A stretch of 64,000 bases of DNA from Octopus sinensis (Eukaryota): assembly GCF_006345805.1 (NCBI RefSeq), contig NC_043000.1:27094001-27158000 (forward strand), in the 5' to 3' direction. The notes under the pieces were generated by a model. It was not told the DNA's origin, made no database searches, and was given only the letters and a program-made list of their open reading frames with translations. Both the position numbers and the translations under genes were made by a program. Every line of letters starts with the position of its first letter. The first letter of the stretch is position 1. Of this stretch, positions 41,765 through 55,139 are shown piece after piece.

Positions 41765-44186
41765 GCGAGGTCCCTCCTGAACCTCATCAACACCCTGTAC
41801 ATGGAACAAGTAATACTCCAACCAACCAGGGCAGGTAACACACTGGATCTCTGCTTCACAAATAATATGGATCTCATCCATAATGTGAAAGTGACACCGA
41901 CACTACTCTCGGATCACAACATGGTAGAGCTGACCATGTACGGGCCAAAGGAAAGCATGGACATGCAGCCTACAAGAAACCCTCAGAATCTTTCCAGCTT
42001 GAACTTCCATAAGGCAAACTGGAAACAAATTGAGAAAGAGATCCTAAAACAAAACTGGCCTGAATGTCTCTCCTCGCCAGACATCGACGTGAAACTTCAA
42101 CAATTCATGTCTGTAATGCAAGCCATATGCTACAAATGTGTCCCAGAGAGAAAGGCCACTGTACACAAGAACAAAATCCCCAGAGAGAGGAAAATTTTAA
42201 TGAGACGGCATACAAAAATTTCAAATCGCCTAAACAAACAAATTGAAAGCAGTGAAAAGTCCCGCCTAAAAATAAAACTGTTGGAAATTGAAAAATGTCT
42301 GCAACTCTCCCATGAAAAGGAAATAGCAGACAAAGAAGCCTGGGCTATAGACAACATAAAATCTAACCCCAGAGCTTTCTACAGGTATGCCAAAGAAACA
42401 GCTACGGTGCACTGTAGCATAGGACCACTCCTTGAAAAGGATGGCACACTCACAGGAAAACCAATGAGGGTAAGTGAAATACTGAATGAGCAATTCAAGA
42501 GTGTTTTCACTTGGGAATTTCCAAATCACCAATCCAACTGACTTTACCACTGCAGATATAAAATCAGAGGCGGCGACGATAGATTACATCGATATAAAGG
42601 AAGACGATGTAATAAAGGCTATAGATGAAATGAAAACAGACTCAGCTGCTGGCCCCGATGGATTCCCGGCAATCCTCCTAAAAGTATGTAAGAGAGTCCT
42701 AGCAAGACCACTGCAGTTCCTCTTTCAGAGCTTCCTTGCAGCTGGCAAACTTCCAAGAAAACTGAAGGAAGGTAAAATATGCCCTATTCATAAAGGAGGT
42801 AGCAGAGCGGAGGCCAAGAACTACAGACCTATCTCTCTGACCTCACACATCAGCAAGGTCATGGAACGAATAGTCAGAAGGAAACTGATCACCTTCCTTG
42901 AAGAAAATGACTTGCTGCCTGACACCCAACATGGTTTCCGACCAGGAAGAAGCTGCTTAACTCAGCTCCTACAACACTATGACTGGGTGCTGAAACGACT
43001 GCTCAACCACTCAAATGTGGAAGTGATATATCTCGACTTTGCAAAGGCCTTTGATAAAGTCGATCATGGATTGATATGTCACAAACTGCGTGATCTTAGC
43101 ATAGTTGGAAAACTGGGAGAATGGCTTCATGACTTTCTGAAAGGTAGAAGTCAGGTGGTAGTAGCCAATGGGGCCACTTCCATTAACACGCAAATAGTGA
43201 GCGGCGTTCCGCAGGGCACTGTTTTGGGACGACTACTGTTCATAATGGCCCTCTCAGACATGACCTCAGCCACGCAGAGAGCCACGATCACAAGTTATGC
43301 AGATGATACAAAAGTTTCACAGGCAATACAGAACCCTGAGGACACTAAACGCCTGCAATGTGAGCTGGACAAAATATACAAGTGGGCTGAAAAGAATAGC
43401 ATGCAGTTCAATGCTGAAAAGTTTCAAGCTTTATACTATCAGCATGCAAAACTAAATGCAATACCCAATGAATACACTGGACCCGGAGGAATTGCAATCC
43501 CAGAGGCACAATCAGTGCGTGACCTGGGTATTTACATGAGTGATGACGCAACCTTTCATGTACATGTTGCTAAATTTGCAATGAAATGTAGACGACTGGC
43601 CGGATGGATTCTCAGTACCTTTAGAACAAGAGAACAAGAAACCATGATGGTCCTCTGGAGGACATTTGTTCTAAGCCACTTTGACTATTGCTCTCAGCTA
43701 TGGTCACCATCCAGTGTCAAGTTGATCACAGAACGTGAGGCGATTCCACGTCGCTACACGAAGAAGATAGCCTCTGTGCAGAGTATAAGCTACTGGGAAA
43801 GACTCAAGAGATTAAAACTCTATTCCTTGGAGCGTAGGCGAGAAAGATATGCCATAATATACATCTGGAAGATCCTAGAGGGACTTGTCCCAAACTTTGG
43901 CATCGAGAGTTACACAAATGCCAGAACCGGGCGCCACTGCGTGGTGCCTAGGACTCCAAATTTGCCATCAAGATGTAGGACAATTTACTGTGATAGCCTG
44001 GGCTTCCGAGGCCCACAGCTCCTCAATATCCTCCCGAAGAACCTAAGAGACCTGCATGGGGTGGATGCAGATGTCTTTAAAATGAAACTGGATCTCTTCT
44101 TGTCAGGTATCCCAGATGAACCAACTTCACGGCAGGAGGTGCAGATGAGGGCAGCTGCATCGAACTCTATCATGCACCAAATGGCA
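41765..44186 (+). mobile_element. CR1/L2-group LINE ORF2 (APE end + RT), 5'-truncated, one frameshift, 3' end lost
   Basis: APE C-terminus PTR..NTLDL..SDH in ORF 41801-42541; RT in ORF 42486-44258. Confidence 0.93.
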
Positions 44187-44258
44187 GTTTTTGTTCATTA
44201 CACCTTCAAATTATTTGATGCATCATTTTTATTTTCAGATAACCCTTTCATGATATGA
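42486..44258 (+). pseudogene. LINE reverse transcriptase (frameshifted relative to the endonuclease; C-terminus runs into a DNA transposon)
   Basis: AAGPDG, NYRPISL, QHGFRPGRSC, YLDFAKAFDKV, GVPQGTVLG, YADDTK, SLERRR. Confidence 0.9.
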
Positions 44259-45340
44259 TGCTAACTCAAGAAATGAAAATACATGCAGTCATAGTTGCTA
44301 TACATGCAAACCACAGTGATTTAGAAATTAGCAACATTGTAAATGTTGCAGGATCATTTGTACACACAAAGTTCAGTTGGAATTTGAGGCATGTGATGGT
44401 AATGTTTCACCTGTATCAAAAAGAAAGAAATGCATTCACAATGCTCAGTCACTAAAAGGGCACCGGAATTTATGCATGTTTAAAACATTGTCAATGAAAA
44501 CCCCAGATGATCAATGAGGCCCATTGCTAAAAAACTTCGGGAGTCAGATGGACTATCAGAACTATTTGTATATGCAAAATTACAGGAAAATCGTCTCATC
44601 CGTTCAAAACGCTTCCTTAACAAAATGATAAGCTCCTCGTGAGCAAGGCAAGCTTTGGTTTTTCTCTGACGAATATTATTTTGACCCTGTTCAAAAGTCT
44701 AATAGAAGAAATGACAGGTGTTAATATGCAGAGCCTTCTGAAGTACCCAGAGTGATGCACTTGAAATATCCAGCACCTGCGTTAGTTATAGGAGTGGTGA
44801 GTAGCGAAGGCCATGGGATGCCATCCTACTTTTTCCCACAGGGTTTTAGAATTAATGCTGCTGGATACATCGAGGTACTGGAAACTGCTATCATGCCCCG
44901 AATAGTTTGAATGTGCAACGGAAGGCCATATGTGTTTCAACAAGATTTAGCATCTTCTTACAAAGCCCTAGTCACCCAAGAATGTTTGTGAGTTAATCTT
45001 TACGATTATGTACCATCCAACATGTGGCCTCCAAACTCACCAGATTTGAACCCCACGGATATGTGGAGCGTTGTTGAAATGGAAACTCATCGTCATTCCT
45101 ATAATACCATAGCTTCATTGAAGGCCATCATTGTCCATATAGTGTCAGCATGCTAGCTGTTTCAGTCCTGCATTGAGGCAGTCTTCGAAGCCAAAGGTAG
45201 TTTCGTAGAATAATTTGCTCAAAAAATCATTATCAAGACTAATTGCACAAATGTTTATTCAAATACATATTTATTTATGCTGAAATATAGTTGTTTTATT
45301 GTATACCAAAACTGCCCTCAAATACCCTTCACAGCCTGTA
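44187..45340 (+). mobile_element. decayed DD37D (maT-type) Tc1/mariner-superfamily transposon
   Basis: FSDE...YVFQQD, then exactly 37 codons (44947-45057, including WPPNSPDLNP) to D; in-frame stops; 3' end ...cagcctg+TA. Confidence 0.85.
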
Positions 45341-45467
45341 TATATATACGACAGAAGACTTCTTTCAGTTTCTACCTGTCAAATCCATTCAGAAGTCTGG
45401 TCAGCTCGAGGCAATAGAAGAAGACACTTGCTACGGAGTGGAATTGTACCAGGAACCATGTCGTCGT

Positions 45468-45676
45468 AGATAGAGAGATAGAGAGATAGATAGATTATAT
45501 AGATAAATTAGATACATACATAGATAGATATATTAGATAGATAGAAAGATAGATAGATAGATAGATAGATAGGTAGATAGATAGATGGATAGATGGATGG
45601 ATAAATGGATGGATGGATTAGATAGATAGATAGATACGTAGATAGATAAAGGAATGGATATATAGATAAATGGATG

Positions 45677-45728
<52 letters not shown>

Positions 45729-45762
45729 CATACATACATACATACATACATACATACATACA
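45468..45762. repeat. (GATA)n/(CATA)n microsatellite
   Basis: Direct inspection. Confidence 0.95.
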
Positions 45763-45970
45763 ATGATATATAATATTCCTGCAGGGATGTCAATGTGTTT
45801 TAGTGGAATAATCACGAAAAAGCAAATCTATGTGGCTCCGTCCACTCGAGCTGTTAATTCGATCTCGGGAGCGTTGTTTCAAACAAATATTTACACACAC
45901 GTAAAACGTACAAACATATATAACTACACGCATATGAACAGTAATACACACACACACACACACTCACACG

Positions 45971-46013
<43 letters not shown>

Positions 46014-47759
46014 AGAAACATGTATATATAAATACGTATAAATACTCCGATGTGCGTACACATTTATATTCATGTTTATAAGTTTATTTGGGAGTTACCT
46101 CATATGCATGAACCAGAGTTTCTTTACGTAGCTGCCATCAATGTAACAGAAAAGGGTCTACTACATTGTATGTAACAGTCATTGTATTAATAATATACCA
46201 ATGCGAAACTTTACATTGAAATGCTTGATGTATTTCGAGTTGTAACAATTAAAAGTATAGTAAAGAGTTCTTTTAGCCATCGTGGAAACTATTTGAACAT
46301 TATCGAACTCTTTTAATAATGTGTGGTTATTATCTCATCGGAAATCTAACTTAAAAACGAAGTCACGCACAACTGCTGACTTGAAGGGCAATTCTAATCA
46401 ATTTGGACTGACTGAGATTTGCACATGCGTGTGTGCGTGTCTATGTGTATATGTGCAGATGTGTATGTATGCGTGCGTGCTGTGAACGTGTACGGTGATT
46501 ATGCGTGTGTATTTACGTTGATGAGGGAGCCTATTTACTTTATGTTGCATTCCTAATTCAAATTATATCACTAAAAACATGTATATGCTATTTCAACGCA
46601 CTGTTGCAGTCACGTAACACTAAAGTCTTTAGTCAACAACATAGCAATAAGCACGATGGATAGTCTTTAGAAAATCTCTTGAAACATCTACTCTGATACT
46701 CTTATTTCTACTTTCGTTTTTAATGTAAACCACGCTTAATTAGACACTTGTTGCTAGTTTAACATCGATGTTTCCTTCTGCAGCTACGCCCTAATACCAT
46801 ATATCTTTGCCCATTACATCATGTTGCAATTAGTGTGTTTAATCTGCAGCTACCCATATAATGACTACTATATCATCATCGTTAATAAATTATCCTGTTT
46901 GATATTCACCGGTTACTTCTCGTAGCTTTGAGCAAGTGCTGCAACGAACATACGTAATACAGTTATAGATATTCCTCTCATTCGTGTTATATGTTTCAAT
47001 CTAAGACAGGCTGCTCATACAATTCAGATAGCTTCGAGAACATTTTGCTTCGTGATTAATCTCATAATTAGTTTAGTTTTCGGGTATTTAAACCGGTCAT
47101 CGGCATTGCTTGACGGCGTGTCTATGAATGCTTGTGAATATTACGCAACTTCATATATATTTCTATGTGTGTGCTTGTGAGTGAGTGTGAAGTTAAATGC
47201 AGCCATGACAGTGCGAAATGAAGAGCTCAACGTATTGTTTGTATATGTATTGCATGCCGTAGCTTCAGGAGAAAACTATTTCTGTCTGTTATGTAATTAG
47301 TGTTCTTAACTGTGTGATGTAGAAACTTCTGCTTGATTGCGAGGGTGTGAATACATTTGATTCTATGTATATGTGAAAGTTTATGCAATAAAATGTGTTA
47401 ATATGCTACTATATAAACCTATGGTGGTCTGAAACGGTGGAGATACATGAAACTGTACACACAGTTGCAATCAGGATATTCCTCAAGACAACGGATACTA
47501 TCATAAACGGACGTTTGATTTTAGCAGATGTATTTCGGGACGTGCTTTGTAATCAAGTGTTCAAACCACACACAGGAATCGTTTAATGGTTTTGTATAAA
47601 TATATTTTATAGCGGGAAGTTCCTTTAATTAAAGCATTTCATATATTAAGAGAATAACTGACTGACTGACTTGTAAAGCAAAGTTCATTAATGTTCTGCT
47701 ACAGGTGTACAATGATGAAGTTTTCTCTGCGCCCAGTGAGGTGCATATCTCGATCTTAT

Positions 47760-48098
47760 CGTCTGACAACCCCTTCGGTCATGAGTGACCGTAGGATTGC
47801 ACTTAGAAAGTTACCCTCCCAGGCACAAGTCCGGGCAAGGTTGTTTATTGTGACCATCAGTCGCCCATGCATACCAGCCTCCCCTCTCCACGCCACCAGT
47901 GTTATCGAAGAGAAAGGCAAAGGCCGATACAGCCTGGCATTTGTGACGTCGCAACTCATTTCTACAGCTGAGTGAAATGGAGCAACGTGAAATAAAGTGT
48001 CTTGCTCAAGAACACAACACGCATCCCGGTCCGGGATTCGAACTCACAACCACACGATCGTATGCTTGACGCTCTAACCACTGAGCCATGTGCCTTCA
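47760..48098 (-). mobile_element. tRNA-derived SINE family E, full length with 11-bp TSD
   Basis: TSD ctcgatcttat at 47749-47759 and 48099-48109; A box tggctcagtgg; B box gttcgaatcc; central gtgttcttgagcaagacact. Confidence 0.9.
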
Positions 48099-48235
48099 CT
48101 CGATCTTATTGTACGGCAACACAAAGCGATGGTTACGGGGCACATTTTTTTTTATGGTTGATCTAGAAATACTTAAAGAGGAGTTTTAAAAATTACAGTC
48201 AGGCATAAACATGTACATATAAGCACATTGACACT

Positions 48236-48530
48236 CATGGTTCGTTCAGTACTGGCAGTCCAGACAGCCTGCTCATGAAATTTACATGTGTGAGTGGCTG
48301 GGTATTCCACAGACACGCGTGCCGTTTACGTAGTTTTCCAGGCGGTTCAGCGCGATACAGAATGTGACAAAGCTGGTCCTTTGAATTATTGGTACAACTC
48401 CTTTTAGCCTGGACTGGAACAACGTGAAATAAAATGCTTTGCTCAAGGAAACAACGCACCACCGTGAATCGAACTCACGACCTCACGATCGTAAGCCGAA
48501 TAACACAAACCACTCGATCATGCACCTTCA
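48236..48530 (-). mobile_element. chimeric tRNA-SINE (E-type head and centre, B-type tail)
   Basis: 48410-48530 resembles 47975-48098; 48240-48400 resembles 25260-25420. Confidence 0.7.
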
Positions 48531-48655
48531 CGGTTAGTTGTATTGCGAAAAAGAGAAACAAAAAAAATCTATTAAGATATGGGAAGAAAATATATGATAG
48601 GAGAAATAAGAATACAATAACAGAGTTAATTAATGTTATTAATAGGAACATAAAT

Positions 48656-49190
48656 GCGGCGAGCTGGCAGAAACGTTAGCACGCCGGGCGAAATGCTTAG
48701 CGGTATTTCGTCTGCCGTTACGTTCTGAGTTCAAATTCTGCCAAGGTCAACTTTGCCTTTCATCCTTTCTGGGTCGATTAAATACCTGTTACGCACTGGG
48801 GTCGATATAATCGACTTAATCCGTCCGTCTGTCCTTGTTTGTCCTCTGTGTGTTTAGCCCCTTGTGGGTAGTAAAGAAATAGGTATTTCGCCTGTCGCTA
48901 CGTTCTGAATTCAAATTCCGCCGAGGTCGACTTTACCTTTCATCCTTTCGGGGTCGATTAAATAAGTACCAGTTACGCACTGGTGTCAATATAATCGACT
49001 TAATCCGTTTGTCTCTCCTTGTTTGTCTTCTCTGTGTTTAGCCCCTTGTGGGCAATAAATAAATTGGTATTTCGCCCATCGCTACGTTCTGGGTTCACAT
49101 TCTACCGAGGTCGACTTTGCCTTTCATTCTTTCGGGGTCGATTATATAAGTAGCTGTTGAATACCGGGTTCGATGTAATCGACTCATCCC
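48656..49190 (+). mobile_element. SINE family D trimer
   Basis: One head, then units starting ggtatttcg at 48702, 48882 and 49066. Confidence 0.9.
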
Positions 49191-49199
49191 CACCTACAC

Positions 49200-49600
49200 C
49201 AAGCTGCCATTCTGGAAAAACTTTGAAATAATTATTATTGGGAACAGGAGGAATTGGAAGGAGTTTCAATCGATGCTCAACCACATTTGAACTGGTGATG
49301 TCATTGCTTGACTACGCCTTATGATGGTGCATCATCACCATAAACGTCTTTCATTCCATCGAAAGTTTCTTTTGGTGTACGATCATTCAAGCATAAGAAC
49401 CGGATCACTGATCTGAATTCAACTGCCTCCATTTTAACACCTTGGTCCACATCAGCAGCCGTGAAAAACAAACGAATAATACTGCAAAGCTGTAATTTAC
49501 AAAGTAGCATGTAGAAACATATATGATTATACCTGTACAGGTTCCGTTTCCTGCAATAAAGGATAGTGGGTCACAGGAGATCTTTAATGAATACCCCTTA
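49200..49600 (-). mobile_element. mariner 5' fragment
   Basis: MEAVEFRSVIRFLCL..TPKETF..MKDVYGDDAPS HTH start; TIR-like taaggggtattcattaaag end. Confidence 0.7.
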
Positions 49601-49666
49601 TATCAATGACATTTAGCAAAAAGTTACGAAAAAGTGCTTACTGTACACCGGCAATTAAGGGAGTCA

Positions 49667-50381
49667 TATATTCTTATTGTACTTAATATTCCTATTGTAC
49701 TATATATTCTTACTGTATTTGATATTCTTATTGTACTCCATATGCTAATTGTACTCCATATTCCTACTGTACCTCATATTCTTATTGTACTCCATATACT
49801 TATTGTACTCTATATTCCTATTGTACTCCATATTCTTATTGTACCTAATACTCTTATTGTACTCCATATTCCTATTGTACTCCATATACTTATTGTACTC
49901 TATATTCTTACTGTACCTAATATTCTTATTGTACCTCATATTCTTATTGTACTCCATATTCCTTTTGTACTCCATATTCCTATTGTACTCAATATTCCTA
50001 TTGTACTCCATATTCCTATTGTACTCCATATTCTTACAGTACATAATATTCTCATTGTACTCCATATTCTTATTGTACCTCACATTCTTATTGTACCTCA
50101 TATTCTTATTGTACTCCGTATTCTTATTGTACTCCATATTCTTATTGTACTCCATATTCTTATTGTACTCCATATACTTATTGTACTCCATATTCTTATT
50201 GCACCTCATATTCTTATTGTACTCCATATTCTTATTGTACTCCATATTCTTATTGTACTCCATATTCTTATTGCACCTCATATTCTTATTGTACCTCATA
50301 TTCTTATTGTACTCATATGCCTATTGTACTCCATATTCCTCTTGTACACCATATTCTTACTGTACTCTATATTCTTATTGT
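49667..50381. repeat. 18-bp minisatellite, ~40 copies (consensus attcttattgtactccat)
   Basis: Uninterrupted 18-bp periodicity with no unique spacers. Confidence 0.95.
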
Positions 50382-50571
50382 AGTACAGCATACTTGACCA
50401 ATATCTGATATGTCTTTCATTATGTGATGACAGTATTGCCTTTAGGAATCTATTTAATTATTTACAATGCTGTGACTGAATACTGTCACACTATTGTAGT
50501 TTTATTTCCAGAATCACACATTTGCCTCTTTAAAATCACTTTCAAATGGCTTGTGATAAGTGTATATTATA

Positions 50572-50852
50572 CTTGTTTCAGATAGAAGACTGCGGTCGCG
50601 CTGGAGCAGCGATTCAATGAATTTTAGTAGAACGAATGAACCCCAGTGCTTATAATTCTTTTGTAAAACCTGCTATTTATTCTGTCGGTTTACTTTTGCT
50701 AAGTTACGTGGACGTAAACACGTCAACCCTCGTTATCAAGGGTGGTGGGAGGATAAAGACATACTCGAAGACACACCTACACGCACACACAAACAACCTA
50801 CTTCATCACATACATATATACATATATATATATATTCATATATATATATATA

Positions 50853-50883
<31 letters not shown>

Positions 50884-50961
50884 ATATATATATATATACA
50901 TATATATATACATGTATATGCATATATATATGCATATATACATACATATATATATGTACGT

Positions 50962-50992
<31 letters not shown>

Positions 50993-51013
50993 TATCCACA
51001 CATACATACATAC

Positions 51014-51082
<69 letters not shown>

Positions 51083-51252
51083 ATATACGACAGGCTGCTT
51101 TCATTTTCCATCTATCAAATCCGCTCTCAACGCTTTCGGTTAAATTGAAGCTATAGTAGAATACACTTGTCCAAGTTACACCATGCAGTTGGCCTGAACT
51201 CGGAACCACGTGGTTTGGGAGCAAACCTGTTACTGCTCAGCGACACCTGCGC
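50572..51252 (-). mobile_element. SINE family C copy split by an expanded internal (TA)n
   Basis: Head at 51090-51252 and 3' half at 50572-50760 match 26569-26989. Confidence 0.75.
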
Positions 51253-51479
51253 GTACGTTGAAACATATTACAGTTTGACTTTTGCCCCACATAATATTCT
51301 TATAAAACAGTTGGTGGGGGGTGGGGGGTCTACACACGGAAGCAACTTATACGCCACAAATACATTAACTCAAATATTACATGAAAATATCTAAATAATA
51401 TTTGGTATCTTCACTTTTTAACTATGCCAAATCATACACACTATAGAGTAATTATTTTTTTTTTTATTAATGCGCCTTT

Positions 51480-51781
51480 TTCAAGCCTAGCAAGTCTCAT
51501 GGCCCCGGTTTTCCGGTTTCTATGGCGTATGTGTTCACCACAGTTGGACGGGACGCCAGTCCATCGCAGCGTTACTCAAGAAAGAGTGAGAGAAAATTGG
51601 GACGAAACAGTACAACAGGGGTCGCCACCGCATTCTGTCGGATACTCGTGGAGCTTTTTTGGTCTTTTCGCTCAATAAACACAAACAACGTCTTGGAATC
51701 GAATCAGAACGTCTTGGAATCGAAACCGCTATCCTCCGACCACGAGTCCTCTGCCCTAACCACTGGGCCATTGCGCCTCCA
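51480..51781 (-). mobile_element. tRNA-SINE (B head, alternative tail)
   Basis: Head reverse complement ggaggcgcaatggcccagtggttaggg; tail shared with 11701-11790. Confidence 0.8.
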
Positions 51782-51879
51782 CAGAGTAATTATATACCAA
51801 CGGCAAAATAGAAAAATGAAAAGGGGGGGGGGTACCAAGTGTGTATCATTAAATGTGATTAGGTATTTATTTCTGTATA

Positions 51880-52292
51880 ATACCTATTTCTTTACTACCC
51901 ACAAGGGGCTAAACGCAAACAAGGACAGACAAACGGATTAAGTCGATTATATCGACTCCAGTGCGTAACTGGTACTTATTTAATCGACCCCGAAAGGATT
52001 AAAGGCAAATTCGACCTCGGCGGCATTTGAACTCAGAACGTAACGGCTGACGAAATGCCTTTTTTTTACTACCCCACAAGAGGCTAACACAGAGAGGACA
52101 AACATAGACACACAAACGGACTAAGTCGATTATATCGACCCCAGTGCATAACTGGTACTTAATTTATTTACCCCGAAAGGATGAAAGACAAAGTTGACCT
52201 CGCCGGAATTTGAACTCAGAAGGTAGCGGCAGACGAAATACTGCTAAGCATTTCACCCTGCGTGCTAACGTTTCTGCCACCTCGCCGCCTTA
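51880..52292 (-). mobile_element. SINE family D dimer
   Basis: Head at 52245-52292 followed by two body+spacer units. Confidence 0.88.
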
Positions 52293-53001
52293 ACTGTGCA
52301 TAGGTATTATCACACTGTTCTGTTTTGATTAATTATTTTATATATAGACATCAAACATGATCTTCCTCTTAACATCTAGTAAGCCAATATATATTACTTA
52401 TATTTTTTATGATATTCACATATGTCGTTGCTCATTGTTTTTGGTGAAATGTTCATCAAAATAATGTTGCTTTAATCTTCATGTCCATTGATTATAAAAT
52501 TATGATATCGCACAAGTTTGCATTGTTCGATCAGTTTCTCGTCACAATGGATAAAGTGAATCTGTAAAAAAAAATGAAAAACAAATCGAAGGAGAATTGA
52601 ATTAAAACGATTTAGAACAAAGATATGTTATTTGTAAATTTAATTAACAAAAGCAACAAATAGAAAGAAATTCGTAATTTTTAACAAAAACAAGAAATAA
52701 TGAAGAGGAATATAAAAAATATACCAAACTGCAAGGAAGAAATTACAATGAAAATCTATAACAATACACGCACACATAGGTATACACACACACACACACT
52801 CACGTATGTATTTGTTTATATAAGCATGTGTGTGTGTGTATGTATATATATATATATACCTATCCATTTATTTATCCATATCTCTCTCTCTATATATCAA
52901 TCTCCCTCTCTCTCTTTCTATGTATATATATATATATATTATATATATATATATGCACACATACATATGCATATTTATATGTATATTTATGTGTATATAT
53001 G

Positions 53002-53063
<62 letters not shown>

Positions 53064-53066
<3 letters not shown>

Positions 53067-53212
53067 GTAATTTACAGAAAAATAAAAGACGAAGGCAGGT
53101 GTTTAAACAACAAGCAGATGTATTAGTTTCAGGCTCAGGAAGGTGAGAAAGTCTTTTACGTTTCGAACCTACGCTCTTCAACAGAAAGGAACACAAGGAA
53201 ATAAACAGAAAA
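53064..53212 (-). mobile_element. Penelope-like pLTR fragment abutting (TA)n (copy 1)
   Basis: Homologous to 61190-61347; contains the hammerhead-like motif. Confidence 0.6.
53153..53188 (-). ncRNA. minimal type I hammerhead ribozyme-like motif (variant core)
   Basis: Reverse complement: cttt-CTGTTGA-a-gagc-gtag-gttc-GAAA-cgta-aaag. Confidence 0.55.
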
Positions 53213-53261
53213 CTATACATAATATACATGCATACGTACATACATATACATATATATACAA

Positions 53262-53314
<53 letters not shown>

Positions 53315-53594
53315 AATATATACATACATCTATATACACCTACATGTTTATGCTATATTTGCAACTACTTTTGTCCGTTTTTACATTCTGAGGTTCGACT
53401 TCGTCTTTTGTCGCTTTAGGGGACGATAAAATTGATACAAGTCAAACACTGGGGTCGATGTAATCGCATTACCATCGTCCATCCACCCCCGAAATTACAG
53501 GCCTTGCGCCCAAATTTGAAACTGCTATTTACTACAAAATGTCAGTGCCATTCCTTCTTCCACCATGTGGGTGTCTGTATACACTCCCTCACGC

Positions 53595-53638
<44 letters not shown>

Positions 53639-53655
53639 GCGCACTTAGGTATATG

Positions 53656-53754
<99 letters not shown>

Positions 53755-54306
53755 GCATAAAACAGGTTTATTAAAAATTCTATATGTACACACACGCATA
53801 CATATTCACTTGCATGTTTAAATATAAAATGTATTTACTGGAAAATACTCCTAAATATTTCATCCTACGTTTCGAAAACAAATATGGATGACCTAAAGGC
53901 TGGAATGAAAGCTGGTTCGTGCTATAGTTTAAACAGCGAACATCAAAAATCCAATTAAACACTTTCGCACCACTTATCGTTAAAAAGCCTCCCATTTCCC
54001 ATTTACTGTTTAGCATTCACTTCATTAGTTGGCAGACTATTAACTAGTATTAAAATTATTTTTATTAATGAAGCTACTTAGAGAACCTATTTTTTCGGGC
54101 ATTATAGCATCGATTACTCGCTGTCTTAGAACAAAAGAAATTAAAGGAAAAAAAAAAGACAAAAGTTAAATATTTAACATTAAAAAAAAAAATACGGAAA
54201 ATGCAAGACATGCGCTTACGCATAGAGCGACAGTCGCACGCACATTAGCATATAACCACATACATAGTTATGCAAATGTATATATGTATATATGTATGTA
54301 TGTATG

Positions 54307-54370
<64 letters not shown>

Positions 54371-54657
54371 TATATATATGTATGTATGTATGTGTATGTA
54401 TGTATGTATGTATGTATGTATATGTATGTATATATCTATAATAATAAAAAATTAAATAAAAATGAGATTTGGTTAATTTTCGTTTCGATAATACCCCTAA
54501 CGTATAATTTTAAAATCAATAATCTCTAAAAAGCTCTGTTGCTATAGTAACGTCCTTCTCGATGTAAATGACGCTGTTATCAAAGTGGAATGTTTAAGCA
54601 AAGCCGGAGTAAATGATGGATTACACATAAGAGCAAAAATGATTTAAAGAGATATTA

Positions 54658-55068
54658 ATGACGATGATGATGAGTGATTGTAATGGTGATGATGAGGAGG
54701 CTGATGACGATCGTGATGATGGTGAGAGGGAGCAGGAAGGGAGAGGAGGAGGAGGAGGAGGGGGAAGGGGAGAGCACTGATGGCGGATGATGAGGGAAGA
54801 CGACGAGTACAAGAGCGTGGACGATGATGATTACGATGAGGCTGTTGTTATTGTGATTGTGGTTGTTGTTGTTGTTGTTGTTCATGATGATGATGACGAC
54901 GACGACGACGACGCGGACGACGACGACGACGACGAGGACGACGTCGACGACGACGAAGGGAATGGCCATGATGACTATGATGACGATGTGGTACTTATAG
55001 ATGTTGTTAATAGCGATGATGATGAAGATGAATACAATGTAGACAACGATGATGATGATGACGACAAC

Positions 55069-55139
<71 letters not shown>

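Noticed and set aside
48030-48098. tRNA gene
   Set aside because: It has A and B boxes but is the head of a TSD-flanked SINE; no convincing acceptor stem. The same applies at 25540-25612.
48702-49066. Hammerhead-containing retrozyme for the 182-bp unit
   Set aside because: No CUGANGA...GAAA core on either strand of the unit.
49634-50408. CRISPR-like array or repeat-protein CDS
   Set aside because: Units are contiguous with no unique spacers and there are no cas genes; the ORFs follow from the 18-bp stop-free unit.
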